Part shown: piece by piece, positions 40,250 through 52,326 of the stretch
Layout: the number at the start of each line of letters is the position of its first letter
How positions within the stretch are numbered: position 1 is the first letter of the stretch
Source of the DNA: Oopsacas minuta
Taxonomy: Eukaryota; Animalia; Porifera
Length of the DNA: 64,000 nt
Reading direction: 5' to 3'
NCBI GenBank assembly: GCA_024704765.1
Contig: JAKMXF010000327.1
Span: 141,360 to 205,359, forward strand
Notes under the pieces: model-generated
Told to the model about the DNA's origin: nothing
What the model saw: the letters and a program-made list of their open reading frames with translations, nothing else
Database searches by the model: none
Made by a program: the position numbers and the translations under genes

Positions 40250-40478
40250 CATACTTGCCAACCCTCCCGTGTTCCATGGATTATCCCAGGATTTCACGTA
40301 GCATTAAGAGGAAATTTCAAAAACCCGGGAAATTCATCTTAGTTTTGCACTATTTCTGGATATTTTGGGGGGGATCGGGGGGAATCGGGGGAATAACGTG
40401 AAATCTCGGGAACATTTTGAAAATCCAGAGATTGTGAATAAAAATGGCTTGATATTTGTAAAAGGGTTGGCAAGTATG
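40250..40478. mobile_element. 229-bp MITE with 16-bp TIRs and a 6-bp target-site duplication
   Basis: CATACTTGCCAACCCT / AGGGTTGGCAAGTATG, flanked by CGGAAG at 40244-40249 and 40479-40484. A lone related end is at 42039-42052. Confidence 0.85.
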
Positions 40479-40698
40479 CGGAAGGGTATACCCTCCTGTT
40501 CTATAACTAAACCAGCTTTGGAGGTTTGTATATATGTAGAATACAAATAGCATTTCAAATGGTGATGTATTATCTGACTTTTTAACATTTTTCTATTCCC
40601 AACTATTCCTTTCTCTATATTTGTTAAACCTCTTGATTCAAACAAATAATCATATTCTCTAAAGTAATTTCAATCTATCTAATTCTAAAATTTCGTAA

Positions 40699-41121
40699 TT
40701 AAGATACACTAGGAGCATTAGAAGCAATCCTAGGCCATAATTCTGCACATTCTTTGGCTACGGGGCCTACGACTGTAGTCCCCTTCATTTCTCCTTTATT
40801 ATTCACTATAACCCCAGCGTTATCTTCGAAGTAGATAAATGTACCATCTGGTCGCCGATACGGTTTCCTCTGTCTAACCACAACAGCTAGCCATAGCTTT
40901 TTCCTCAATTCTGGTTTGCCTTTCTTCACCGTAGCCCAGACCAGATCACCTACTGAAGCGGAGGGTAATCTATTCAGCCTTCCTTTTATCCCTTTTATGG
41001 CAATAATATGTAAATTCTTTGCTCCAGTATTATCAGCACAATTCACAACAGCCCCAACTGGAAGTGCGTGTGAAATTCGAAACTTGGTAGAAGAAGCGCC
41101 CTTCCTTGCTCTTTTAGACAT
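40699..41121 (-). CDS. RPL23: 60S ribosomal protein L23 (uL14), intronless, 140 aa, divergent
   Basis: MSKR...[23 protein letters not shown]...KGRLNRLP...[13 protein letters not shown]...[18 protein letters not shown]...[18 protein letters not shown]; full length with no stops. Confidence 0.96.
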   Translation of the reverse strand: MSKRARKGASSTKFRISHALPVGAVVNCADNTGAKNLHIIAIKGIKGRLNRLPSASVGDLVWATVKKGKPELRKKLWLAVVVRQRKPYRRPDGTFIYFEDNAGVIVNNKGEMKGTTVVGPVAKECAELWPRIASNAPSVS

Positions 41122-42599
41122 TATCTAATTAACTTTATAAAAGTAAATATTGTATAAAGTCGAGACAATCAACAGTAATTATGTCGAAATTCAATGGCTT
41201 AAGTTGGGTTCGATAGAGAGATTTAAGATTAGTGGTTCTAATATGGAGTGCCGGTTCACCAGAATTGGAATCGGGCCCACGTCCATTTTTCAGGATCCGA
41301 GCCTCGCCAAATCCAACGATGTACAACCCGAACCAGATTCTAACTCAGCACTTTATTGGGAGTTTGCAAATTTTAACAGGAAAAAATTAAAATAGATACA
41401 CCATATAAGAATACTGTTGGGACCGAAAAGATTTATTCGCTATCTTAAGTGATGTATATTCACAGGCAGAACTGGTCAGGCATGTAAGGAAATCCCTAGC
41501 ACTATTTTTGGTTGGCCTGTACGACTCAAAGGGCAGGCCTGATATTCATATATTCTGCTGCGTACATATCGGGTCAAATACTCTCAAAAGTATGTAATTA
41601 TAACCCAGCTACTGTAAGCACAAAATGGCTTTGATTACTTTGATTACTTCACGCAGTTGCAAGTGTAAAACTAAGTAGCATGACGGTTTTAGAAATTGAA
41701 AATATTTGGCACTGTGTAATACAAGCAAGTATAAAATATGTAGCACATAAATGCACAAACACACCACATTGACATACACAATTGCAAAAATCTCTGAAAA
41801 CAGAGGGGTGGGGGGCTACAAGCACCCAGCGCTCCCCGATTCCTACCCCCTGTTCTCAAATAAGTTGAATATACGTGCTCTTTGAACGTAGTATACGTTT
41901 GGAAGGTAGTTGTAAGGTTGGAGCATAGCCTGTTAGATGAATGAACGGACTTTTTAATTTACGGAATTTCAAATTGGAATTATTGTAAAAATGAGTACTG
42001 AGTAGGGTGAAAACAATATTGTATACTTCTGAAAATGTCATACTTGCCAACCGATAACGTTCTCGGGATCCCTGAATTATCCTCTGATGTGACATGATAG
42101 CCATAAAAGGGACCAGCCAAGAAAAGGACATTTTACATAACCAAACTATTAGTGAAACATACTGTATTTCGCTGGATATGCGCAGGGTATTCTCCTGCAC
42201 GAAATATATAAGCGCCCGAGGGCTCATTCAGAAAAATAGGGTTAAGTGTTAATATAACAGTGCATGAAATTGACTGGTGTGGATTGAAAACTTCAGATTA
42301 AATGGAGTTGGTTACAGTCCCAGTTTCGTTACAAAAATGACTACTCTTTTTATGGTCATTTTGTTACAGCCTCTGTAACAAAATGAACTACCTTACTATA
42401 GGAAATTAACGCGAATTGGAGCTGAACATTTTCGAATACATGAAATTAACGCGATTTTGAGGGAGAACATTTTCAAATACCTTATTTTATACGAATAAAT
42501 ATTACGAAATAATTCAATTTTCTAAACATAAAAAGAAATAATTCCTAAACAAATAATATGTCTTTGTAAGGGTCTAGATCATGGAACTCCATATCTCTC

Positions 42600-43982
42600 T
42601 TTCTGGAATTCGTGATTGCTGAAGCAATCCCTGAATGTGGCCAACCAGCTTTGATAATTTCTATCCCTTTCTCGGAGTTGAAGAAAGTGAAAAGTTCACC
42701 CATCAATCTGCCATGTTCGGCTTCAATGTTGATAGTTTGAAGTCAACATCGATGGTAGTAATGTCTTTATCAGGCTCCTGAAGCATGGCAGCAGTAATCG
42801 TTTCGGTAAAGTAATTACTGAATACCTTCTTCTCAAAATGATTAAAAGACCTATTCGTTGAGAGGTCCAGGGTCTGGAGTAAATGAGTTAAGTTTTCGGA
42901 GTTATGGCTGTGATTGCATTTAATTCCTCTAGAGTTTTGCATGTACCATCAGTTCCTTGCGCTTTAAACGCATCCCAGATTAATAAGAATTTATGATCTC
43001 TTCCAAGACCAAGTTCTTCCTTAGTTCGATCGCATATGGTTTTAGTACTTTCATTAATAGGGATCTCGTTTCCTTTTCATTGCTCCAATGCTTTTCATTA
43101 TAACTTAGAAGAAATCCTTCGGGAAAGGGAACGACGGGGAGAGATCTTGCTGTTTATCCATGATAAATTAGCTGAAATGGTAACATTTTACCACTTTGCG
43201 TTTCAGCCAGGGTTATCGTCATGCCTCTCTTATCGTTAGATCCTTTCTTTGCTACTTGTTTGGAATTTGTTCCCGCCATAGTAAAATTGCCAGTAGACAC
43301 AAATTTTGACGGTGTCTGATCTAGATTTTTAATGAGTTCATCGGGAATATTATGCAGAGCGACTGGCGTTACAATTTCGTTGGAAATTTGGTCTCTCACT
43401 TCATTTCAAAGGGCTCTCGTCACTATAGGCCTAGATGTTGTCACCATACGTCTGGACATATTCATGCGAGCATACAGAGATTGTATCCAACCGTTCGTAA
43501 TTTTAAAGTCCAGGTAACCTTCATATCTACCTAAGTTGCTTTTGATGATACCCATAAGCACCTCATGAACGGAATGTCGATCAACAGTTCCTCCAGCGAT
43601 GCGAAGATTCGTAATGAAGGTTCTGAGTATCGTATCTAAATGTTCATCTAATAACAATGGTCTCCCTCTTTTCGATGAAATTTGTATTAAGTCTGTAGGT
43701 GATTTTCTCTTCAATCCAGCACGAAATTTCGACAACCAACCTCGCAAGGTACTTTCTGTCAAGTTATGAGAAATATTTCTTGTATTGCTGTATAGCATTT
43801 GTTGTAATCCGTATTTTGTCTTTTTCTGTATAGCTACGTTTCTTTTTTTCCCCTGGCACGATGAGCTGCTCAATTACTTTACCATCTTCAGCAGAAGGAA
43901 TCACAAGTTCATGTGAATCACCTCCTATATTATCATCGTTTCCTTCCTTCGAAAAATAGGCTAAGATCGACTTTTCAGCCAT
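42600..43982 (-). pseudogene. pogo-type transposase (HTH-CENPB + DDE_1), disrupted
   Basis: ORF pieces 43764-43982, 43406-43873, 43154-43399 and 42703-42942: KRGRPLLL, ITNGWIQSLYARMNMSRR, NLDQTPSKFV, DKRGMTITLAETQSGKMLPFQLIYHG. Confidence 0.85.
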
Positions 43983-44155
43983 TCAAATTGGTAGTATACT
44001 ATTATAGAAACTTGATTAAGTATCCTAACTTGTTTGAACGCGGCAACAAATTTGGGCCTATCGAGATCGTGAGAAATATTTATGAATATGAATAATGGAA
44101 TATATTCCTAATAAATAAACCAATTTATTATAGTCCTACAACAAAGATACGTAGC

Positions 44156-44716
44156 CTATTCTACGAAACAGCTGTCACTGTCATTGTCACTTTCAAAGGA
44201 AGCTTCTAGATAAAGAGTTTCACTTTCCGAAGAGCATTCGTCAACATCTTTTTCATTAAGTATTTCTTGTAAAATATATTTCGTAGAATCAACATATTCC
44301 GTGTAATTATCTTCAAGAAATCCTCCAGCGAATACCTTCTCCTTTAAGAAGTTTAGTGCTTCAGCTCTGCTCCATCGGAATGGAATAGAAATAGGTATTT
44401 CCAGACCACCTTGCAAAAGCGGAGAACTTCTAGGCTTCACACAAGATATTATTCCCGAAATACAAGCTCCATTTTTTAGTGCTTACCAAAAATAACGATT
44501 CATCACTCTTGGAATATGCCTAACTGTCGTTATAGACAACTTCCCAGCTAATTTTGTTTGTCCAGCCACTGCGAAATTATCATAAATATTATTACTCTCC
44601 TGTTTGAAAACAATGTCTTGTCCCAAAATAGGTTTCCAGTCCACTTAATAGACATGGTATCCTCTCAAACCAGTCACGCATCGGAAAACATGTAAATTGG
44701 GAGTTTTCCCATCCAT
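44156..44716 (-). pseudogene. HIRAN-domain ORF inside the pogo element (186 aa; two in-frame TAA)
   Basis: ATG at 44716 is in frame with track ORF 44156-44440: MDGKTPNLHVFRCVTGLRGYHVY*VDWKPILGQDIVFKQESNNIYDNFAVAG...TVRHIPRVMNRYFW*ALKNGACISG...PLLQGGLEIP. Stops at 44645-44647 and 44483-44485. Confidence 0.75.
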
Positions 44717-44829
44717 TGTATAAATTTGCTAAATAGTATAAATAACAGGAAGTTAACGTCATGGAAATTAACGCTAATTGGAGCATCCGCGTTAATTTCA
44801 TGGAGCGTTAATTTCCTATAGTAAGGTAA

Positions 44830-44959
44830 TCTATTAAATTCAATTTGTTTAAAAAGTGGCACTATAAATTGGAGGCATTATGAAAAGTTAGGTTTAATCC
44901 AATGCACATAGTGCCTCCAATTAATAGTGCCACTTTTTAAACAAATTAAATTTAATAGA
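44830..44959. repeat. 130-bp near-perfect hairpin (53-bp arms), probably a MITE
   Basis: TCTATTAAATTCAATTTGTTTAAAAAGTGGCACTATAAATTGGAGGCATTATG versus CATAGTGCCTCCAATTAATAGTGCCACTTTTTAAACAAATTAAATTTAATAGA (3 mismatches). Confidence 0.9.
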
Positions 44960-45362
44960 ATAAGCTGTCGGCACAGGTTGCAATTATGTTCTGTTTCCTC
45001 GCTCTGCTCGGATTTAAAATCCACCAAACAATTTATTTACAAATTAATATGATCATCCAGCCATTATAATGTTCAATTTGTTTGCAGTAATTATCAGTTG
45101 ACTAAATAATATTAATAGAAGAATATTGGAGGAATATCATCGGTACAAATTCAAGAGTGTCAAATTCGTAATCAGCGTATTGAATTACACCCCTTTTGCT
45201 GTTTAGAATAATCTTCTACAATTATTCAAAGGTTACGTAATCGGGCAAATACATGTCTTTTAAATTATCCATCGTTAATTTGAAAAATATTATATTCATA
45301 AATATTATCGAAATAATTAAAGCTACCGGTAAATTTAGATATTCAATGAATGCATATTACTA

Positions 45363-46696
45363 CGGGCGTTCAATAAGTAGTCGTTATCACATTGTAATTC
45401 TAAATTTTTCTAGCACAATTGTGTAATCAGTGATGGAGTTTCTCAAAGTATTCCCCTTCGTGCTGTAAAACCAATTTCAGCCTTTTTATCCAATCGAAAA
45501 ATACTTTTTTGTAGTCTTCGGTTGGTACACCTTTCATATACTGGAAAATCGCCGATCCTATCTGAGCTCGACTCTCGAATTTCCTACCTGATAGATGTTT
45601 CTTTAGCTTTGGAAACAACCAAAAGTCACAGGGAGCTAGATCTGGCGAGTAGGGAGGGTGATCTAGCTCCACAATTTTCATAGCTTTTAACTTTTCTCTA
45701 ACCAGCTTTGTCTTGTGCGGTCGGGCGTTATCATGCAATATTCGCAATCCACGAGTTCCAGTCCTTGGCCGTCGATTTTTGGTAGAATTTTTCAACCTCT
45801 GTTAGACACTCATTGGTGTAGAAGGAGCCTGTTATTGTTTGGTATTTGGGGACACAAATCTGGCACACTGGACCATTAGAATCAAAAAATATACAGTACA
45901 TAACCTTCGGGTCCCGAAAGTCATGTCGAGGGATCATTGGTGGGTCCTGTCCTTTTGCCACCCATACTTTGTTTGCTTCTTTTGATAAAGGCTCAGAATA
46001 ACGTACCCAAGTTTCGTCACCTGTTACTATCTCAAATAACCTTCTGGAGTCAGTTCGATCAAACTCAGAGAGCAATTTAGTAGCGCATTGGACCCTCTTT
46101 GCTTTCTGGGCCTGAGTTAGTAAATGCGGCACCCATCGAGCACATATCTTTCGGAATTTCATATTATCATGTACAATAGCTTGAGCAGTTCCCGTTGAGA
46201 TACCAACCGCATCAGCTATCTCCACAAGCGTGATATGAGGGTCTTCTTCAAGTAACGCGGATACCTCAAGGATATTTTTGTCATTGGTGCTGGAAACTGG
46301 TCTCCCTATTCTTGCCCCATCTTCAATGGACACTCTACCTTCACGAAAGCGTCTAGCCCAATCAACAACAGTGGAATATGGAAGTGCTGTATCCTTATAA
46401 ACTTCCTCTAAATCTTTGTGGACATCTGTTGGTGAAACCTTGAGCAGTGTTCTGATCTTCACATATGCTCTCTGCTCAATTTTGAAATCTGTACTTTTTG
46501 AAGCCATTAAAAATGTTACTATAATAAACTGTCAAAATGTAAATAGGTACAATATTTCAACGAGACATCAGAATCAAAAAAGCTCTGCATTATTGAATTC
46601 ACAATGGATGGATTGTTATTAGAAAATTCAGTTTGATCTAGGTCGAAATATTCCGACTTACAAAATTTGGAATAACGACTACTTATTGAACGCACG
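45363..46696 (-). mobile_element. Mariner (DD34D) element, full length, one frameshift
   Basis: 25-bp TIRs CGGGCGTTCAATAAGTAGTCGTTAT (1 mismatch) and TA TSD. The transposase is split into 45731-46507 and 45427-45795 by one extra A in an A5 run (~45776-45780); WVPH, TGDETW, HDNARPH and YSPDLAPCDF are present. Confidence 0.95.
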
Positions 46697-47154
46697 TATT
46701 ATATACAGTACTAGAAGTACCAATTGTGTACCTAATAAATATTTAATACTTAAACTGACCCGAGGCACTAAGCTGTTGCGCAGCGTCCTAGCAAGCGAAG
46801 CGCGCTAGTATAATATTAAAACGCAATTAATCTGTAAGTTTATATGTTTGTATAATTTCGATATTATTGAGAAATTCATAATTCTCGAAGCACAAAGTGC
46901 CCAGATATCTAACCAAAATGCCACGTATCACCTCCAGTATTACCCCAGAGGGCCATTAAGAAATTTGGATGGTCCTTGGATAATCAAATAATTAAATTTC
47001 CGGAAAATTAGCCTTGAGGTAATTATTGCCGAGTATATCCCGTAGATATACTCGTTCGATGGGGTATACTCGGAAAAGCACTGACAAATGCAACTGTTTC
47101 ATACATACGCAAAACAAGTGACAATGCTCAAGGATACTTCCACCCATAGCATTC

Positions 47155-47228
47155 TATATGTTATGGGCAATATGAGAAATTGGGCATTATGCATAATGCC
47201 CAATTTCTCATATTGCCCATAACATATA
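47155..47228. repeat. Perfect 74-bp palindrome with no spacer
   Basis: TATATGTTATGGGCAATATGAGAAATTGGGCATTATG followed immediately by its exact reverse complement. Confidence 0.97.
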
Positions 47229-50200
47229 CATTTTGATAATAATTTGATTTTTAATTCTATTTTACATAAAAATGCATGACCTTGTATATTATCTTTCCAT
47301 AGACAAGAAGTTTAAAAATAGCTTGATGAACCAAAAGAAGGTAATAAAATTCTAACACAAAGAAAATAAAAAATTATGGATTTTAAGAAGCAAAGGCCCA
47401 ATTATCGGGTCTTTAGGTAAAATCGGACAGGGGCCGATTTCAATTCAAATTTCCTTGGAAAACATCGCAGTGACTTCTTCTCAGCATTTCTATTAACCAA
47501 ATACTGCCGCGAAAATGTGTGACATTATGACTTCAAAAAGGTGCTAAAATCTCGTTTTTGGTGCGGAATTGGTCGAAACGAAGGTTAAAATTAGTGTTCC
47601 TTTTCATTACGAGCTTAATTTCTAACCGTAATCGGTTAATTGGGACACATTTTATTTAGAATTTCTACCCAAAGCGAAGTAATAATACAAAAAATTCGGT
47701 TAATCGGGAACTCCTCTCAATTGGGACAAATACTCTGGAACGAAGGTGTCCCAATTAATCCGAGTTGACTGTATATAAATAGGAGGAAGATACAGTTGAC
47801 CACCGTTAATTCGAACTTTCGTTAAATTGAACAATATTTTACCTTCGAAACTCTCGCATTAATTGCATATAAAATCCGTGCATAAGATCCATCCTAGATA
47901 CATAATCCGAACACCAATGTAACTTTCATTCTATGTGTATATAAATTGTTTCAGTTATCTTTTTGATATACTGATCTTGATTACTTTTGTTTTCACTTAA
48001 ACATAATCAATTTAACCATATTTGACTTTACCCTCATTGTTGTTAATATTAGAGAAAGAGATAGATTCAGGGATTCAAAAACCTAATCCAGGTGAAAATG
48101 GCCCGGGATCCCGGGATTGGTACCCCTAGTCATTCGATATGGTTATGACAAAATTTGAGATTGGAATATTACCATATTCCTGAGACATTCCTCTGTTGCG
48201 AGGAAAATTATTCCAAACATATTCGAGTGACCACTCAAACGGCGAGAATCTTTCACAGTAAGTTGTATAATACGTGTCTAAAGTATAATAGATATTAAAC
48301 ATATAATACGTTGTACGTGACATATTTAAAAGTATTAGACGTCTAGGCTAATTTCGAAATAGGAGATTTTACTTTTTGTTTGACTTGGATAAGTCATATT
48401 ATTATCAAATATTATACAAATTGGTCAACTATGCTTAGATTTCTCATTAACAATTCGAGAACTACTGTTTGATGCAAAATATATTTGTAGGAATCAGCCA
48501 AATAGAAGTTACGTCACCAAAGAGTGCCGACTGAAGGTATAATACCTAATAAGTCTTCATTGAAATACGTATTAAACAACATAGCTTTCACTGATTACGA
48601 ATATCGACACCAAAATTCGTTCGATTCAAATTGAATGAGTTATATCCATTAAAACACTTCAAAATGTATCCAAAGAGGCTCACAATACTGAGTGTTGCAT
48701 CACACCCCTTGAACTTCGATCAAGTGGCTCCCCTTCCAAAAGGTTCAAGCTCACCCTAGTGTAACTTTGTATCAAATTTGTTGTTTTGACCCCACTTGTC
48801 ACGGTTTCTGGGCTAACAAGCCTGACTAGGATAACATCAGGGACGAATGCTGGGGCGTAGGAGTAGGTGGGGCCTGGCATAGCCCCAGCAAATTTTATTG
48901 CAGTTTAGCATTGGGAGACTCCCTTAAGTATGGTCAGGGGCGTACCGAGGTGGGCCAAGAGGCGGTCGCCCCGGGCGTCACTCTTGTGGTGCTACACTTT
49001 ATATTCATTTTTCTTACGTTTATTTACGTTTACAATTAATTGGACGCCTTTATATAATATTTTGTAGTCAGTACACCCTCGGTTATCCGAAACATTCGTC
49101 ATCAACATTCAATTTTGGTTTTCGGATAACTGAACTAGTGTATTTTCCGATTTGAAATTCACAGCTCAAGGATATGTGAAAATCATTATTTGTAATTTGG
49201 AATATTTGACTGCATATCTATAATTATATGGGCCTAAATGTTTATACCATTCGAAAACCTAGTACTAAAGTGGTATAAGCTCCCTGTTGAGATAAATTAA
49301 AACAATACAGTAAAACAAGTACGACTATACATCTATTACTAAATATGATGTGATTTTCACCTTTTGCTTTTCTAATATCACATAATTAGAAACTGCTCGA
49401 TAGTTCATTGGGAAAAATTTCAATTACAGATACCTCTCAATATTCCAAATGTTAGAACGTCATCATCCGATCAAACGCAAATTCATCAGCAATTATTTCA
49501 TCATCACTACTGTACAAAAATGAATTTTTTACAATTTCTTAATTATTGAGAAATTTATATACTCTGTTTAATAGCCTACGAAAGATAAGGCATGTAGAAT
49601 GTTTCTTATTGCTTGTACACCCAGAGTTATTCTTGTACAAGCTACGCACGCGCCTCCAGCTGTTGATCATAGGTTTTACGCCCTTCGATGTAGAGTTGAC
49701 TGGGACGAGTTGATATGAACGAGTAGACAAGGTACAAGTTGACAATTGGGACGAATTGATTTATTACGAGTTGAAATAGGTACGTGTTGACTGGCAATCA
49801 GTCCTGGAGGCGACATATTAGTCTTTTCAAAAGGTGTTAGTGTATGTATTTCTTTTCTATCGACTAGTAACTAATCGGGAATATCCACTGAAAAAGAATT
49901 TGGGAGGCTATTGCCCTCAGGAATATGTCATTTTGTGCAGGTGACCGTTATGGAAGGCCGTAAAGCAGGTTAGAATGTATATATATTGTCAATGAAAAAG
50001 TTTAGGCACTGGCTAAAGTGCCAGCAAAGGTAATACAGAATTTCCACTCCCAAAACTACAGCCCTGTATCCAAATAATGTAGAATCACACACACCCGCAG
50101 GGGTGTCGGAAGCTTGTATTTCATGGGGGTATTTAATGATATGAATGCATGAATAATAACACTCAATTTAGTAATTCGAAATCTTACACATGTCCACAAG

Positions 50201-51058
50201 GGATAATTGCCGATGTCTCTTGCGATTGTTACTACCAGAGGAACAAGCCATAATTTCAAATTATTCGTAGAGTTGAAAAAGCCACACAAACAAATTAAAT
50301 TCTGCCTAGAAAATGAAAATATAAACTGCATTATATTCATTGCTTATGTACTACTAGTGTAGTTGGTAATCAGCAGCCATGAAACAAATGGAAATTACTT
50401 TTAACAAACTTTGTTGTTAGTAGTAAATTTTACTATACATCTGAGCGGCCAAATATACAACTAGATAATATGAGGATATAACTCCACCAGGCTTCAACCA
50501 ATGACTGGATGTGTGAGGTTTCTGTTGAAAATACTTCCCAACTGGCAACAATATTATAATATGAAAATAACTATACACAAACTATGAAGGGGTGATAATA
50601 CGCACAAGGGGATAAGCCCCCAGCGTAGTTGGTTATTGATTATTTTCGAAAAAGTATCAAGAATGCCGAACCGGGGTGTAAACTATTGTACTTTATATCC
50701 CTCCTAAATTGGCAGAATTTTCTAATAAATTCGAAAATAATTTAATACTCCTCACAATTATAGGGGATTATCGCCCTGTCTAAATCATGGGGGGATGAGT
50801 ACCCCCATCCCCCACACTTCCGACGCCTCTGCACACCCACCCTAGGCACTATATTGTGTAAATCTCATTCCAACAACTCAAGGTCCACTGCCAAATTTTA
50901 ATAATTTGAACAAAAAATTTAGATTATTCGTATTTAACCTCGAAATGAGAGATTGATTTCTAGCAGATTTGTAGTATGTTGACAATTATGTATTGAATAA
51001 TAATTTATTATAATTTAATCAACAGTTTAAATAAGTGATGCCATAACTTAAAGGATAT

Positions 51059-51613
51059 CTAGTTGTGGGTGAGTTGGGCCACATAATCACTTTCACAAGA
51101 GACATATAACGAAGAAGATTCGTATAATAACTGTAATTGAAGTGAAGGGTTAGAAGTAAATGCAGATTTGTAGAGGTAAAAATGAGCGAAGTAGGTAAAA
51201 GTGAAATAGTCAATCACTAAATAGCATTGCTGTGTTGAGAAAAGAGCCGTTGAAAAGGGAATATGAGTGAAGGAATGTCGAGTCAATAAATTTTGAAATA
51301 GCAGTCTAGCTTCTGTAATGTTATCATACGCAGTAAATACACAACATGCGTGAATACGCATAAGAATAGAAACCAGAACAGATATTTGATGAGTTGAATA
51401 GCCTATATCATCAAAATATTCAATAGAGTAAACGCACAAATCCATCAGAATTCGAGATTGTGTACTGTCTGATTTATCAAGAATGGAATATTTGGTAGAA
51501 AATAGATCAAGTAAATCCGTTTCCTCCTTCAAGTTCAAGTCAATCTGATGATTAAGTTGAATAATTTCAAAAATATCACCAGAACTAAGAGTACTAGTTT
51601 CCCATACCAACAT
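51059..51613 (-). CDS. CFAP119: CFAP119/CCDC189-like flagellar central-pair C1a-32 family protein, intronless, 184 aa
   Basis: Motif string IHACCVFTAYDNITEARLLFQNLLTRHSFTHIPFSTALFSTQQ...IDYFTFTYFAHFYLYKSAFT...LQLQLLY matches the recalled family pattern (H.....PFS..LF...Q....DY...TYF.H..LYK..FT). Confidence 0.7.
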   Translation of the reverse strand: MLVWETSTLSSGDIFEIIQLNHQIDLNLKEETDLLDLFSTKYSILDKSDSTQSRILMDLCVYSIEYFDDIGYSTHQISVLVSILMRIHACCVFTAYDNITEARLLFQNLLTRHSFTHIPFSTALFSTQQCYLVIDYFTFTYFAHFYLYKSAFTSNPSLQLQLLYESSSLYVSCESDYVAQLTHN

Positions 51614-51879
51614 ATCAAGTCCAGGATTCGAAGTAATAGAAAATTAGTATAGAATTACCTATTACAAATACTATTACTTTTCAAATGTAATCGTTATTAC
51701 AATTACCATTACACACAGTCTACGAAAATAAAGCCTATTCACGGTATTCAAACATGGAGTATTTCAAGTCTATTAAATTTGACATATAATTTAAATTTTT
51801 ATTGATAAAACAAAATCTGTTCATTTGGCTCGAATAAATGTATTTTTATTGATAGTTAATAATTTACAGAAGCCATATT

Positions 51880-52326
51880 ATCCAACTATTATCAGTTTGA
51901 AATAACGTCATCTGTTTGGTTAAGAGGGCAATTTTTTGTTCAAATGAACCATTTGTAAAAGCCCTGATAAACGATCACTTGTGCGTCTTCGAGTCCAGAA
52001 TAAATATCAAGTGATCTAAGGTTGTTTATGCATAAAATATAAATTTTCTAATTATAAAGTTGTCACGTTATTGAGTTATACTAGATACCCTGGGTGGCAC
52101 ATTTTGGACTATATCCACTTTTAACTCGATTGTCGCGAGAGTTTTAGTCAAACCAACCAATATAATATATACACAATTTCCCATACCCTTGTAATGCATG
52201 TGGATATGATTTCGTTAATCGGTGTGACGCAATCCTGAATATGCCCATATTTCGTCATGATTAAGATTACGCAATACTACTTCATGATATCTTCTGAAAT
52301 AAAATACAAGGATCTGGGAAGTTGGG
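51880..52326. mobile_element. Left part of a foldback MITE that hosts the NOF-type MULE; continues at 59791-59862
   Basis: Aligns with the 37700-38390 family, and the alignment resumes immediately after the second TSD copy at 59790. Confidence 0.75.

Larger units (their letters stand above)
42391..44826 (-). mobile_element. pogo/Tigger-like DNA transposon (2436 bp) carrying two genes
   Basis: Perfect 22-bp TIRs CCTTACTATAGGAAATTAACGC, TA TSD at 42389-42390 and 44827-44828, and repeated GAAATTAACGC subterminal motifs. Confidence 0.92.

Noticed and set aside
40334-40645. Overlapping ORFs on both strands near RPL23
   Set aside because: They overlap the GC-richer 40250-40478 MITE and are not protein-like.
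46760-46809. GC-rich hairpin followed by CTAG|T, resembling a Helitron 3' end
   Set aside because: Isolated short motif with no matching 5' end or second copy in the window.
50056-50340. Minus-strand ORF or exon-like segment (alternative frame MACSSGSNNRKRHRQLSLVDM|gtaag)
   Set aside because: It could be a first exon, but no compatible downstream exon or homology could be identified.
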